This document shows, piece by piece, positions 9,498 to 18,484 of a DNA stretch of 54,143 nucleotides. Under the pieces are notes generated by a model. The model was given only the letters and a program-made list of their open reading frames with translations. It was not told the origin of the DNA and did no database searches. This DNA comes from a virus (lineage: Duplodnaviria > Caudoviricetes). The translations under genes and the position numbers were made by a program. Location: IMG/VR virus record IMGVR_UViG_3300048590_000145, positions 1-54,143 of that record, one strand, 5' to 3'. Positions within the stretch are counted from its first letter, which is position 1. Each line of letters starts with the position of its first letter.

Positions 9498-9771
9498 CCG
9501 GATTCTGCTGGGCCAATACCTGTTGGTCGTACTGCGGGCCGCCTTCGATCCGCTGAAACAACTGTTGAATCGATTTCAGATCGCGGCCCAGGATCGCTTG
9601 CAGTACCAGTGTCGCGGCTGTCTTGTCGAGGATGTCCTCGGACTCCTTGTACACCATCTGCACGGTGCCGAACCGCTGGTGCCACAGCCACAGCAGCCGG
9701 GTGTCCAGGCTAGTGCGGTGGTCCTCAGGGATCCGGTTGCGCCAACGACGGATGGGCGTGATGTCACTCAT
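9487..9771 (-). CDS. Hypothetical protein (DUF5681/TerS-like C-terminal motif)
   Basis: AILGRDLKSIQQLFQRIEGGP; last gene of - strand operon. Confidence 0.75.
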   Translation of the reverse strand: MSDITPIRRWRNRIPEDHRTSLDTRLLWLWHQRFGTVQMVYKESEDILDKTAATLVLQAILGRDLKSIQQLFQRIEGGPQYDQQVLAQQNPVRI

Positions 9772-9856
9772 CGCCGTCTCCGTCGTTGGGGTGAATCAGC
9801 CCGATCTCCTGACGCCGCGTTTGATCCCCGGAGTTGATGGCCTTGAGCGCAGTCAC
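9764..9856 (-). CDS. 30-aa micro-ORF (VTALKAINSG...)
   Basis: GTGA overlap with upstream stop, GAGGGG upstream, fills gap exactly. Confidence 0.4.
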   Translation of the reverse strand: MTALKAINSGDQTRRQEIGLIHPNDGDGDE

Positions 9857-9996
9857 TTCAGAATCCCCTCACTAGAAAGGCCGTGGGCCGCCTCCCACCC
9901 GGCGACGAACGCCTTGTAGGCGGTCGTCGTGTCGCGGACTCCGTATTCGTTGCGATATTCGGCCCACGCGCACGCCAAGTCCTCGAAGTAGTTCAT
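9853..9996 (-). CDS. 47-aa hypothetical protein (MNYFEDLACAWAEY...AFVAGWEAA)
   Basis: ATGA coupling, GAGG upstream, phage-like codons. Confidence 0.65.
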   Translation of the reverse strand: MNYFEDLACAWAEYRNEYGVRDTTTAYKAFVAGWEAAHGLSSEGILK

Positions 9997-10229
9997 CCGT
10001 CGTCCTCGTCTCTTCCGATGTCGGTGGTGACGATCTCTAGTCCGGCACGCAGCATTCCGATTTGCAACAGCCAGTCGAGGTCGGGGGTGGCGGCCAGGGT
10101 CAGGCGTGGTTTCCCGTCCCCGACGGTGGATACGACGCGCATGAGGACGACGGCGTCGAGGACGATGTCGTCATCGTTGATGTGGTCGCTGGTGACGTTG
10201 GGCAGCAGGTCGCTGATGTGACGGCTCAT
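9993..10229 (-). CDS. Hypothetical protein, 78 aa
   Basis: ATGA-coupled at both ends. Confidence 0.7.
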   Translation of the reverse strand: MSRHISDLLPNVTSDHINDDDIVLDAVVLMRVVSTVGDGKPRLTLAATPDLDWLLQIGMLRAGLEIVTTDIGRDEDDG

Positions 10230-10282
10230 TGCCACGCCCCGATCAGCAGCAGTCGGATAGTGGCTTCCATTTGTAGTTTCAT
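10226..10282 (-). CDS. 18-aa micro-ORF (MKLQMEATIRLLLIGAWQ)
   Basis: ATGA overlaps at both ends; AGGAGGAG upstream. Confidence 0.45.
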   Translation of the reverse strand: MKLQMEATIRLLLIGAWQ

Positions 10283-10569
10283 GATTCGATCGCTCCTCCT
10301 GTCAGATCCCGGAACTCGATCTTGATCTCTTGATGGGTGGCAGGATGGGATCCGGTTCGACGCCGGCCAACCATCCGGTTGAAGATCATCTCCCGTGCGG
10401 TGTTCGCTTCCTTCATCGAGCTACGGTCTGTCGAGTTGGCACTGTTGGCGATCTCGAACAGCGTGCGCACCACCAGCTCGTGTGCTGGCAGGCTGATCAT
10501 GTCATCGGTTTTCATGACGGGGTTGTCGGCCACCAGTTGCATAGCCTGTCTGATCGTGACGATCTTCAT
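10279..10569 (-). CDS. Hypothetical protein (DUF5681/TerS-like motif)
   Basis: ATGA-coupled to terminase stop; LFEIAN...AREMIFNRMVGR. Confidence 0.75.
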   Translation of the reverse strand: MKIVTIRQAMQLVADNPVMKTDDMISLPAHELVVRTLFEIANSANSTDRSSMKEANTAREMIFNRMVGRRRTGSHPATHQEIKIEFRDLTGGAIES

Positions 10570-12026
10570 GCCCACACTCCTGTCCAGTCTTCCTCGTAGT
10601 TCACTGACGCGGTGGACTGTCCGGCGTTGTCAAAAAATTTTCCGTTGAAGAAATCCAATTCCTTCACGGCCTGTACCACATAGCGCAGTGCGTCCATCAT
10701 GTGGCTGTACTTGTCGTGTAGCGGTTGCTGGGTCCACATCTGCAGCTTGGTGTTGAACTCGTACTTGTAGTTCTCCAAGCACTCGAGCAACCACTGGCAG
10801 TTTCCCGAATGGACGATGCTGTTGTACAACATCATGCGTGTCTGCTGGATGTCGGTGACAATCGAGAAGTCCCCAGACCTGGATCCCGGGATCTTCCACA
10901 CCTTGTTCGACTTGGCGAGCACTGCCACGTTCGGGAACCTCTGTCGCATCATGTCCGCGGGCGTGGTGTTGATCGCCTTCTCATGGTGCTCACCGTCCCA
11001 CGGGAGGATGATCGCAGCCAACTTGTTGAAGTACGGCTTCACCTGTAGATCGTCCACGTACTCCGGCAGTGCTTTGCCGTGTCCCTCGCCGCAGTCGTAC
11101 AGGAACAGTCTCCCGTTGATCCACTGGAACGCGATCCAACTGGTGGCGTCCGACTGGATCCCGGAGGAGCCGATGTCGAAGGCGACGTACACCGGATGGC
11201 CTGGATTTAGGTTGAACTCATGGACCCGCTTCTCCTCCTCCATCTTCATGTACGCCTCGCCGTACACCGCAGCGGCGTCCATCTCCTCGAAGGAGACGTA
11301 GTACTCCTGCTCGAACATCCGGTCGTTGCCGAACCGTTTGAGGTAGGTATCCCGGATCCGTTCAAGTTCTTCCGTGGTCAGGACCGGGGGCAGTCCTTCC
11401 CGCGTCATGATCTTGTTCAGGTCATCGATGTCCCTGATGATGACATCGGCCTCGGGGTTGTCCTTCATGGATTCCATCAACTGCCACAACGGATTCCGTC
11501 GTTTCCCTCGTGGCGTGCTGACGACCATCAACCGCTTGTCCTCTGCGCGGTTCTCAAGGATCGGCATCAGCCGGGGGATGGGATCCTCACGGGTGAACAG
11601 CGCCAGCTCGGTGATGGTGTAGTCCTGGAACGACGTACCCACACCGGCTTTGTCCTGTCCGGACTGGAAGTAGCCTTGCAGCTTCAGCCGGCTCTGGTTG
11701 GTGAACCGGCCCTCCATGACGGTGCCCTTCCAGTCCACTGTCTCCCCGGGTACGTTGTCCTGCAGGCCACGGATGTACTCCCCGGACTCCGGATCAATGT
11801 ATGTCTTGTCCCAAAGAATGTCCCGGATCATAGGATTCGAGAGGCTAATGTATACGCCCGTCGTCTTCGGAGTCTTGAGTCGGGCGTGACACTGCTCCAT
11901 CGATGCCGAGACATCCTTCCCCGTCTGCCGTGGCAAGACCGCGATCCCGTACCGATTGTTCCTCCACAGTCGGTGGAGTTCCTCCTGGTACGGGCGTGGC
12001 TTGTAGTAGACGGGGAAGGACGGCAC
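10566..12026 (-). CDS. terL: Terminase large subunit
   Basis: PRPYQ, Walker A LPRQTGKD, ITE, STPRG coupling motif, FEQEY, nuclease AFDIG and HMMDALRY. Confidence 0.93.
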   Translation of the reverse strand: MPSFPVYYKPRPYQEELHRLWRNNRYGIAVLPRQTGKDVSASMEQCHARLKTPKTTGVYISLSNPMIRDILWDKTYIDPESGEYIRGLQDNVPGETVDWKGTVMEGRFTNQSRLKLQGYFQSGQDKAGVGTSFQDYTITELALFTREDPIPRLMPILENRAEDKRLMVVSTPRGKRRNPLWQLMESMKDNPEADVIIRDIDDLNKIMTREGLPPVLTTEELERIRDTYLKRFGNDRMFEQEYYVSFEEMDAAAVYGEAYMKMEEEKRVHEFNLNPGHPVYVAFDIGSSGIQSDATSWIAFQWINGRLFLYDCGEGHGKALPEYVDDLQVKPYFNKLAAIILPWDGEHHEKAINTTPADMMRQRFPNVAVLAKSNKVWKIPGSRSGDFSIVTDIQQTRMMLYNSIVHSGNCQWLLECLENYKYEFNTKLQMWTQQPLHDKYSHMMDALRYVVQAVKELDFFNGKFFDNAGQSTASVNYEEDWTGVWA

Positions 12027-12028
12027 AG

Positions 12029-12454
12029 TTACTCGGCGGTGTAGGTGAAGACTGCCGCCGTCGACAGCTTCGACTCACCGTTGTCCACGACCAGGTCGTA
12101 GTCGCCGGCAACTTCATCAGGCACATCGACCTCAAGCTCGGTGGCACTGTTCACCACCGGAGTGAGCTCTGTTTCTCCCCACAGCACAGTGGACTCATCG
12201 ATGAACCCGGTGCCGGTGACAGTGACGGTGACGGGCCCGGTGCCTTCCACGGCCGTTGACGGGTCGATCTCAGAGACAGTTGGCACGGGCTCCTGCAGTC
12301 CGGTCAAGTCCTGGTACTGCTCCTTGCTGGACTTCTCACTCCGGTCGAAGTCGGCTCGTAACGCGGTGGTGGCCTGTGCGTTGTTGGCCGCGGTCTCTGC
12401 TGGTGTGGACCGCGCAGGATTGGTATAGACGGTGGCGTTGTGAGGAGTGGTCAT
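12029..12454 (-). CDS. Ig-like (IPT/TIG) domain virion protein
   Basis: PTVSEIDP...VTVTGTGF...V.WG...SATELEVDVP...GDYDLVV.N...FTY pattern. Confidence 0.75.
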   Translation of the reverse strand: MTTPHNATVYTNPARSTPAETAANNAQATTALRADFDRSEKSSKEQYQDLTGLQEPVPTVSEIDPSTAVEGTGPVTVTVTGTGFIDESTVLWGETELTPVVNSATELEVDVPDEVAGDYDLVVDNGESKLSTAAVFTYTAE

Positions 12455-12467
12455 CTTCGTGATCCCT

Positions 12468-13490
12468 TCAGATCTGCAGGTGTGGTAACCCTATTGTGCC
12501 GAACAATGTGGAATAGTCTTCCTTCTCCGCAGAACTGCCGGCTTTGGAAGGGATGCCAGCCTGGGGTGGGTCAGGCTCCTTGACGGAGTTACTGCCTTCC
12601 CCAGGCGGCGTGGTGGCCGGCTTCGGCTCGGGCTGTTTCGCTGACGGAGGGGTTTCCGTCTGCTTCTGCCGGAGCGCATCGATGATCGGCTGCACAGGGA
12701 TGCTGTACCCCTGCAACTTGCCATCTTGCCTGACCTCGTACGGCGTGGCGAGTTTGGCGAACTCGTCAGCCAGAGTCTTGTTGAAGTTCTTCGTGCCGGG
12801 GATCAGATCCTTGTTGTTCTTGAACAGATCGATCGAGGCATGAAGGGTTTGTAGTTGTGACCCGGACTCTTCAAGTTTCTGCTGTGTCGCCTCCTCGACC
12901 TCTTGAACGAGCAGACTGCGCACAGCCTCTTGCCATTCCTTCGCATCGTTGCTGTCGCGCAGGGTCTCCATTCCCTCCTTGCCAATAGCCGGCACCTGTG
13001 TGCCTACCAGCAAACGAGGGTGCGTCTCCAAGGCTTCGAAGTATTTCTCGTAGTCCTCACGGGCCTGATCGAAAGACTCCTGCTGATACTTCTTGATAAC
13101 GGTTTCCTCGAGTGCGCTGCTCAGCTTGCCGAGTTTCGGGAGGAAATCACTGGCATCGGCTGTCCAATCCGCGGGAAGATCTGTTGCTCCGCTAGGGGCA
13201 TCAGGCCGTTCAACACTTCCTGCAGCATCTCCTCCTGCGTCATCAGATGCAGGTGACTCTTCTGCCACTGCTGCTGTTGCAGGTTGTCCATCCTTTGCAG
13301 CGCCTGTGCCAGTGGAGTCAGTGCCTCCATCAGTAGCATCCGTTGCTGTAGCTTCAGTTCCAGCAGGAGCCGTTGCTCCCTCTCCCACTGCCTCTGCGCC
13401 TTCCTCTGGCGCCAGCGCATCCATGAGAGCGCCGAAAGCAGCATCCCCCATGCCCGGTAGATCCACGACTTCACGGGTGTCTTCACTCAT
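12468..13490 (-). CDS. Putative scaffolding/head assembly protein
   Basis: Acidic disordered N-terminus, helical middle, P-rich linker, short C-terminal helix; ORF certain, function inferred. Confidence 0.55.
   Translation of the reverse strand: MSEDTREVVDLPGMGDAAFGALMDALAPEEGAEAVGEGATAPAGTEATATDATDGGTDSTGTGAAKDGQPATAAVAEESPASDDAGGDAAGSVERPDAPSGATDLPADWTADASDFLPKLGKLSSALEETVIKKYQQESFDQAREDYEKYFEALETHPRLLVGTQVPAIGKEGMETLRDSNDAKEWQEAVRSLLVQEVEEATQQKLEESGSQLQTLHASIDLFKNNKDLIPGTKNFNKTLADEFAKLATPYEVRQDGKLQGYSIPVQPIIDALRQKQTETPPSAKQPEPKPATTPPGEGSNSVKEPDPPQAGIPSKAGSSAEKEDYSTLFGTIGLPHLQI
13121..13486 (-). CDS. Nested +1-frame gene, 121 aa, L/Q/M-rich helical protein
   Basis: GTGA coupling to upstream stop; host frame shows 52 of 66 A/T-ending codons over 13173-13370. 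Confidence 0.6.
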   Translation of the reverse strand: MKTPVKSWIYRAWGMLLSALSWMRWRQRKAQRQWEREQRLLLELKLQQRMLLMEALTPLAQALQRMDNLQQQQWQKSHLHLMTQEEMLQEVLNGLMPLAEQQIFPRIGQPMPVISSRNSAS

Positions 13491-14052
13491 TGCTACCCCA
13501 CTCGCGCTTCATCTCTTCCAGTTCCATCGTGAGCAGTTCCCGGTGCTCATCGCTGAACTCGAACTTGATGTTGTCGAGCAGGGAGGTCAGACCGGTCTGG
13601 TCGAAGAACATCTTGTGGACTTCAACGATCGAGGCCAGTTCGAGAGGAGCGTCACCATGGGTGCAGTCCCAGTCAAGCTCCCAGGACAGGATCACCTTCT
13701 GCCAGTTGATGATGACGTTGAGGTAGTGGATCGAGTTGTGCTCGACATCTTCCTCGGGGCTGGCGTAGTTCAGACATTCGTCATCGGTGTCGATCTCAGC
13801 CTGAAGGACTTCCCGGAGCTGGTCGATCTTGTCGTAGTACAGATCCCGGAAGTGTGGCATGTCCTCGAACAGGATCTGGGCATGAGCACTGATGATGCGG
13901 TTGGCCCATTGCGGGGTGATCCGCTCGGTGCGCACATCCTCACTGGACTTCAGCACAGCGGTCCAGACCTGCAGGATGGTGTGATAGTCCGTGTCCTCTG
14001 CTTCAGCAAGGATGTCTTCCACGGTCAGTTCGGCGTCGATGTTTTCAGTCAC
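13483..14052 (-). CDS. Acidic hypothetical protein, 189 aa
   Basis: GTG 14052 coupled to upstream TGA; ORF-track extension to 14127 unlikely. Confidence 0.8.
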   Translation of the reverse strand: MTENIDAELTVEDILAEAEDTDYHTILQVWTAVLKSSEDVRTERITPQWANRIISAHAQILFEDMPHFRDLYYDKIDQLREVLQAEIDTDDECLNYASPEEDVEHNSIHYLNVIINWQKVILSWELDWDCTHGDAPLELASIVEVHKMFFDQTGLTSLLDNIKFEFSDEHRELLTMELEEMKREWGSNE

Positions 14053-14786
14053 TTGATCTTTCCTGTCAGTTGAAGGTGCCGGTGCTCGGCCTGGATGGTG
14101 CGAATCACGGATCGGATGTCGTAGCACAGATCGTTCTCGACGTAGACCCGTTTGATGGTGTCAGGGACCAGCTCGCTGCCCCCGTAATACGCTTGCACAT
14201 CGGTGAGGTTGAATCCTTCCCGTCCGTCGTAGCAATGGATCTTGAACGGGAATCGGGGATCGGTGTAGATACCAACTTGGTACGAGGGCAGGGTGATCTT
14301 CACCTCGGCTGGGCGTTGAGTCTGGTCACCGGAAACCTCGAAGGTCTCGACGTACTCACCGTTCTGCACTGTCTCCGTGCGGACCCCGGTATCCATGTAT
14401 TTGAGGACACGCCGGCCACGGGGCTTCGGGTATGAAGGTTTGCGCACTTCCTCCTGGTGCCACTTGCGGCCTTTCTCGTCAACCCGGATCACCTCGTCGG
14501 GTGCCAGCGTGTTAAGCCGCTGACCGGGCAGTTCGTCAGGATCCGGTTCACTGACTCGCGGGATAGAGCGCTCTTCAGGTGCCGCCGTTGCCGGGGCAGG
14601 AGCAGGCTCAGGAAGCCCGAAGAACTCGGGGGAGGGTGATTGGTCCTCGGCCTGCTCAGGGGGCGTCTCTACCCGCCCCAGCTCCGCCTTGAGCTGTGCC
14701 ACGGTGTAGTTGCGGTACGGCTGGGTAGGGGTTAGCCCCGACGCCTTCAGTTCGTTGTAGAGGGCTGCCTTCTCAGCAGTGGACAT
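14049..14786 (-). CDS. Hypothetical protein, 245 aa
   Basis: AGGGAG SD; short N-terminal helical module (YTVAQLKAEL), P-rich linker, globular C-terminus. Confidence 0.8.
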   Translation of the reverse strand: MSTAEKAALYNELKASGLTPTQPYRNYTVAQLKAELGRVETPPEQAEDQSPSPEFFGLPEPAPAPATAAPEERSIPRVSEPDPDELPGQRLNTLAPDEVIRVDEKGRKWHQEEVRKPSYPKPRGRRVLKYMDTGVRTETVQNGEYVETFEVSGDQTQRPAEVKITLPSYQVGIYTDPRFPFKIHCYDGREGFNLTDVQAYYGGSELVPDTIKRVYVENDLCYDIRSVIRTIQAEHRHLQLTGKIK

Positions 14787-14825
14787 GTCGCTCCCTAGGT
14801 GGGTTCTGATAAGGATATGGCCTTA

Positions 14826-14930
14826 TGTAGTCACTGTAGTCAGTGTAGTCACCTGTTTTGGAAACTTCTACACCATATGTCGCACGAAAAGTTTAGAAAT
14901 GGGGTGACTACAGTGACTACACCGACTACG
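14826..14930. repeat. Iteron-like inverted cassette A (TGTAGTCA x3, 49-bp spacer, TGACTACA x2 plus one degenerate)
   Basis: Copies at 14826, 14835, 14844 and inverted at 14905, 14914, (14923). Confidence 0.9.
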
Positions 14931-17900
14931 TCCGCTCCCACTCCATGTCCTGTACGGGCCTTGGGATGCCGTTCGTGGAGTAGACATCGGCACCTTCCAG
15001 CACATTCCTGCCGTACTCGAAGGTCTCTATGCTGCCGTGCTCGTAACCCACGTTCACCGTGACCGGGGTGTAGCGGTACTGCACATGGCAGATGGATCCT
15101 GAGCCGGCTTTCCCATCCACGTTGCCAGCGAAGAAGTACCACTCCTTCATATCCCGGCGCACCAGGAGATGATCTTCCACGTCCCATGACATCGAGGTGG
15201 ACCTGTCCGGGGTCAGATCCTCGAACTGCTTCTCGATGCTGACGTTCTGCCCGTTCACTGTGCGACCGCGGATTCCGTACCGCATGGCTCCACTGAAATC
15301 GCCGAACATCACTGACACCTGTTGCAGGTGAGCCCAGGCATCGTGAGCCCGGTTGGCGCCCTGGGTGTTCGTCTCGAAGAACCAAGGGATGGGACGTTGC
15401 CCGACATTCCCGTCCTCCATGACGTAATCGTCCTGACGCGCGTCGGGGTCCAGGTAGTACACACCGTCAGGACGCATGACCCCGACATACACCCGAGGCC
15501 CGTACTCGAGGATCCGCAGCCCGGAGGCTTGGATCAAGAACCGGGACCAGGTGCCAGACTCCTTACCGACTGTGTCGTACACCCAGATCTCGTTGCCGTG
15601 ACAACCGTCTTCCACTGGAATCCCCCGAGGGTTGTTCACCAGGAAGTACAGCCGATTATCATGTACCGCACTCATGATCCAGTTCTTCGACTGCAACGAT
15701 TCCCACATGTTGGAGATGTCATCCGACATCGACTTGTGGTTGATGTTGTAGTTCTGCGCGGTGGACTTCAGCAGTGCACGATCAATAGGTCGGTACAAGG
15801 CGTTGTTGTGCACGAGTGCACCGAACGGAGCCATCGTCCCTGGCGTGTTCGTCGTCTCCTCGAATCCCATCACCTGCGCGCTGCCCGTCTGCGCATTGAT
15901 GTCAGCCGGCGTCATGTAGTAACAGATCGAAGTGCCGTCACTGCCGAGGCACAGGATCGTCAGTGTGTCCACGGACTGCGGGTTCTGCCACAGCACCACC
16001 GATCCAGGTAGGTGCAGGTTTCCCGAGGACAGCGTTTTCACGCCACCCCCTTTGCCGGAGGTGAACTTCGTGTACTCCCCCGGACGGTTCGATGACCATC
16101 GGATCGCACCGGGATCATCGGCATCACCGACCAGTACGATCCTGTCCGCTGCCACGATCCCTGTCCGGGCACGCGGGGGTTGAGAGTAGTTGGTGCGGTT
16201 GTCCTTCGTCGGCAGCATGGCTGAGTCGAGAGTGAATCTCCGGCTGGGAGTCACATTGATCCAGCCGCCCTTCTCGTACGGCAGCGAGTTGCCTGATAGC
16301 CGTGACGCCTGATCCGGGTACAACTCCCGTGACCCGGCGAACTGAGCTTCCACGGGTACCGGATCCTGGTCCGACCAGGAGAATGTGTACAGGTTCCACT
16401 TGATCGCACCGGCAGACAATGCTTCGGTGTACACCGAGGAGGGTACGACAGCCACCAACTGGTCAGCGCACAGATCAGCAACTTCAGTCGCCGTACCACT
16501 GGGCTCACCCGCAGCGTTGGGGACTTCCCATAGCCAGTTCGACTGAGGGCGTTTCATGCGGACCTCGGTGATCTTCGACGGCGCCGACTCACCGATCTCG
16601 TTCTCAAAGGTGTAGAAGTACCCCATCTTGTACTTGTTGACATCGGGGCCTCCGGTAGCGATAAGCGTATTCGCTGCCGGGGCCTCAGCAGTGGGAATCG
16701 CGGTGGGGTCCACCGTTCGTACTTGGATACTGGGGCACAGATGCGCAGCGCCAGGATTCTCCCATTGATGCACGAGCTGCGTCGTACTGACAGTGGAGCC
16801 GTCGAAGTACGTGCCAGCCGTACTGGCATCCGACTCGATCATTCCGCCGTCCAAGGCGAAGACCTGGTTAGGGCCGACATCGCGGATAGTGATCTGAAGT
16901 CCGGCAGCAACGCTATGCGTTGGGGCGATTCCACTTTCTGAACTGACACTGATACGTGTCCACGCCCCTGTGCCGGACGAAGCAGACGTAACCCCGGATT
17001 CAAGCTGGGTGCGATGCTGGTCATAGAGGAACAACTGAAGATCCGTTGTCTTCGCCACTCCGCTCAACGCTTTGATATGCATGGTGTTGGTCACCGGGCG
17101 TCCCGGAACCACACTGACACGGGCTGCCACGATCGTGATGTCCTGGTTCGGCCAGTACACCGAGGCGGACTGGTTGGCCGTTCCCGTCCAGTAGTAGCCC
17201 ACACCTGATGCACCGGAGAACATGTCCGTCGACTCGTTCGCACGGCACAGCATCACATTGCGAACCTTGACCCAGGACTGCTTCTTCTTCGTACTGTCAC
17301 CACCGATGAGAATCCGCGCAGTCACCGCGTTACTGGGTGCTTCGATGGCAGGAGTGACGTAACGGCCGGAGCGTGCATCAGGGAAGAACTTGATCGGATC
17401 GCCGATCTCGGAGCCGTTGTTCCGGTAGAACTGCAGTCGCACCCGGAGCAGGGCGTCGGCACTCAGGTCGAAATCGAAGGCCACCCGGTACTTGCGGCCT
17501 GCTTCGATGCCGGCCAGTTTCGCACTGCGGGCGAGAAAGACGTTCGTCCCCTTCTCGTCATAGATCCGCATGTCGTCCCCGACAGCGCGCAGGACAGGAT
17601 CCCCCAGGCCGGAATGCCAACCTTCGATACCTGTTGCTGACACGTTGTGCAGTGGAGAGGTGGCAAGGTTCGTACGTTGTGGCGCCGTCCACACTTTGAG
17701 CGATGTGCCACCGGCAGGAAGCGACTCTGCCCGTGTTATCTCCCATGAGGTGGTGGAGCCTTTCGTCCAGCCCGCGGTGCCTGCCTCGAAGCTGGGATTG
17801 ATCAGCTCGTTGCGCCGCACCGTGTACCCGAGCTTCGAGATCCATGCGGCTTCCGGGTGCATAACGACTGCCTTGTGGGTGTCTTCCCACTCCGGCGTGG

Positions 17901-18477
17901 TAATCGAGTTCATTCGTTTGGCGACCTTCTCCGCACCCACGGAGAACAGCCGTATCGATTCGCCGGCATCAGACAAAGCCAGGATCTTGTTGTCGATCTG
18001 CAAGTACGACACATGTTTCGTGGCACTCGAGAAGTTCAGTGTCACTACTCCTTGAGGAATGTAGAACCCGATCTTCGTATCCGTGATGGGGTAGACGATC
18101 TGGTTCGGGTCAGTGAGCAGCATCGCTCGGAAACCTACGGTGTCGTCTTCCTCACGGCACGCGAACAGCAACGCCTTGGAACCGTCATGCAGGTAGAAAG
18201 GTTCCATCGTGCCCACGACGGGACGATCAAAGGCAACACCGGGCGCAGCAACGTCGTCGTAGTGCATGTCCGGGGTGTCTATGTAGGACACGTACCGCAA
18301 CCCAGGGCGTACCGAGATCCCCTTGCTCCGATCCACCATGACGTTCTGCATGTCCCGACAGGACGTAGGATCAGACAGTCCTGGCGGATGGGCGGTGGAC
18401 CAGCCGGTGAACTGGCGCAGGTACGCCTTCGACAGCGGCCTGTCGATCGGAGCCGGTATGGATTTCTTGGCAGGCAT
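14926..18477 (-). CDS. Tail nozzle/tubular protein B-like with inserted carbohydrate-binding-like modules
   Basis: 1183 aa beta-rich; N-terminal QFTGW..NV..RPG, IRWSS motif; internal RNELINPSFEAGTAGW and RTNLATSP repeats. Confidence 0.65.
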   Translation of the reverse strand: MPAKKSIPAPIDRPLSKAYLRQFTGWSTAHPPGLSDPTSCRDMQNVMVDRSKGISVRPGLRYVSYIDTPDMHYDDVAAPGVAFDRPVVGTMEPFYLHDGSKALLFACREEDDTVGFRAMLLTDPNQIVYPITDTKIGFYIPQGVVTLNFSSATKHVSYLQIDNKILALSDAGESIRLFSVGAEKVAKRMNSITTPEWEDTHKAVVMHPEAAWISKLGYTVRRNELINPSFEAGTAGWTKGSTTSWEITRAESLPAGGTSLKVWTAPQRTNLATSPLHNVSATGIEGWHSGLGDPVLRAVGDDMRIYDEKGTNVFLARSAKLAGIEAGRKYRVAFDFDLSADALLRVRLQFYRNNGSEIGDPIKFFPDARSGRYVTPAIEAPSNAVTARILIGGDSTKKKQSWVKVRNVMLCRANESTDMFSGASGVGYYWTGTANQSASVYWPNQDITIVAARVSVVPGRPVTNTMHIKALSGVAKTTDLQLFLYDQHRTQLESGVTSASSGTGAWTRISVSSESGIAPTHSVAAGLQITIRDVGPNQVFALDGGMIESDASTAGTYFDGSTVSTTQLVHQWENPGAAHLCPSIQVRTVDPTAIPTAEAPAANTLIATGGPDVNKYKMGYFYTFENEIGESAPSKITEVRMKRPQSNWLWEVPNAAGEPSGTATEVADLCADQLVAVVPSSVYTEALSAGAIKWNLYTFSWSDQDPVPVEAQFAGSRELYPDQASRLSGNSLPYEKGGWINVTPSRRFTLDSAMLPTKDNRTNYSQPPRARTGIVAADRIVLVGDADDPGAIRWSSNRPGEYTKFTSGKGGGVKTLSSGNLHLPGSVVLWQNPQSVDTLTILCLGSDGTSICYYMTPADINAQTGSAQVMGFEETTNTPGTMAPFGALVHNNALYRPIDRALLKSTAQNYNINHKSMSDDISNMWESLQSKNWIMSAVHDNRLYFLVNNPRGIPVEDGCHGNEIWVYDTVGKESGTWSRFLIQASGLRILEYGPRVYVGVMRPDGVYYLDPDARQDDYVMEDGNVGQRPIPWFFETNTQGANRAHDAWAHLQQVSVMFGDFSGAMRYGIRGRTVNGQNVSIEKQFEDLTPDRSTSMSWDVEDHLLVRRDMKEWYFFAGNVDGKAGSGSICHVQYRYTPVTVNVGYEHGSIETFEYGRNVLEGADVYSTNGIPRPVQDMEWERT

Positions 18478-18484
18478 ACCGCTC

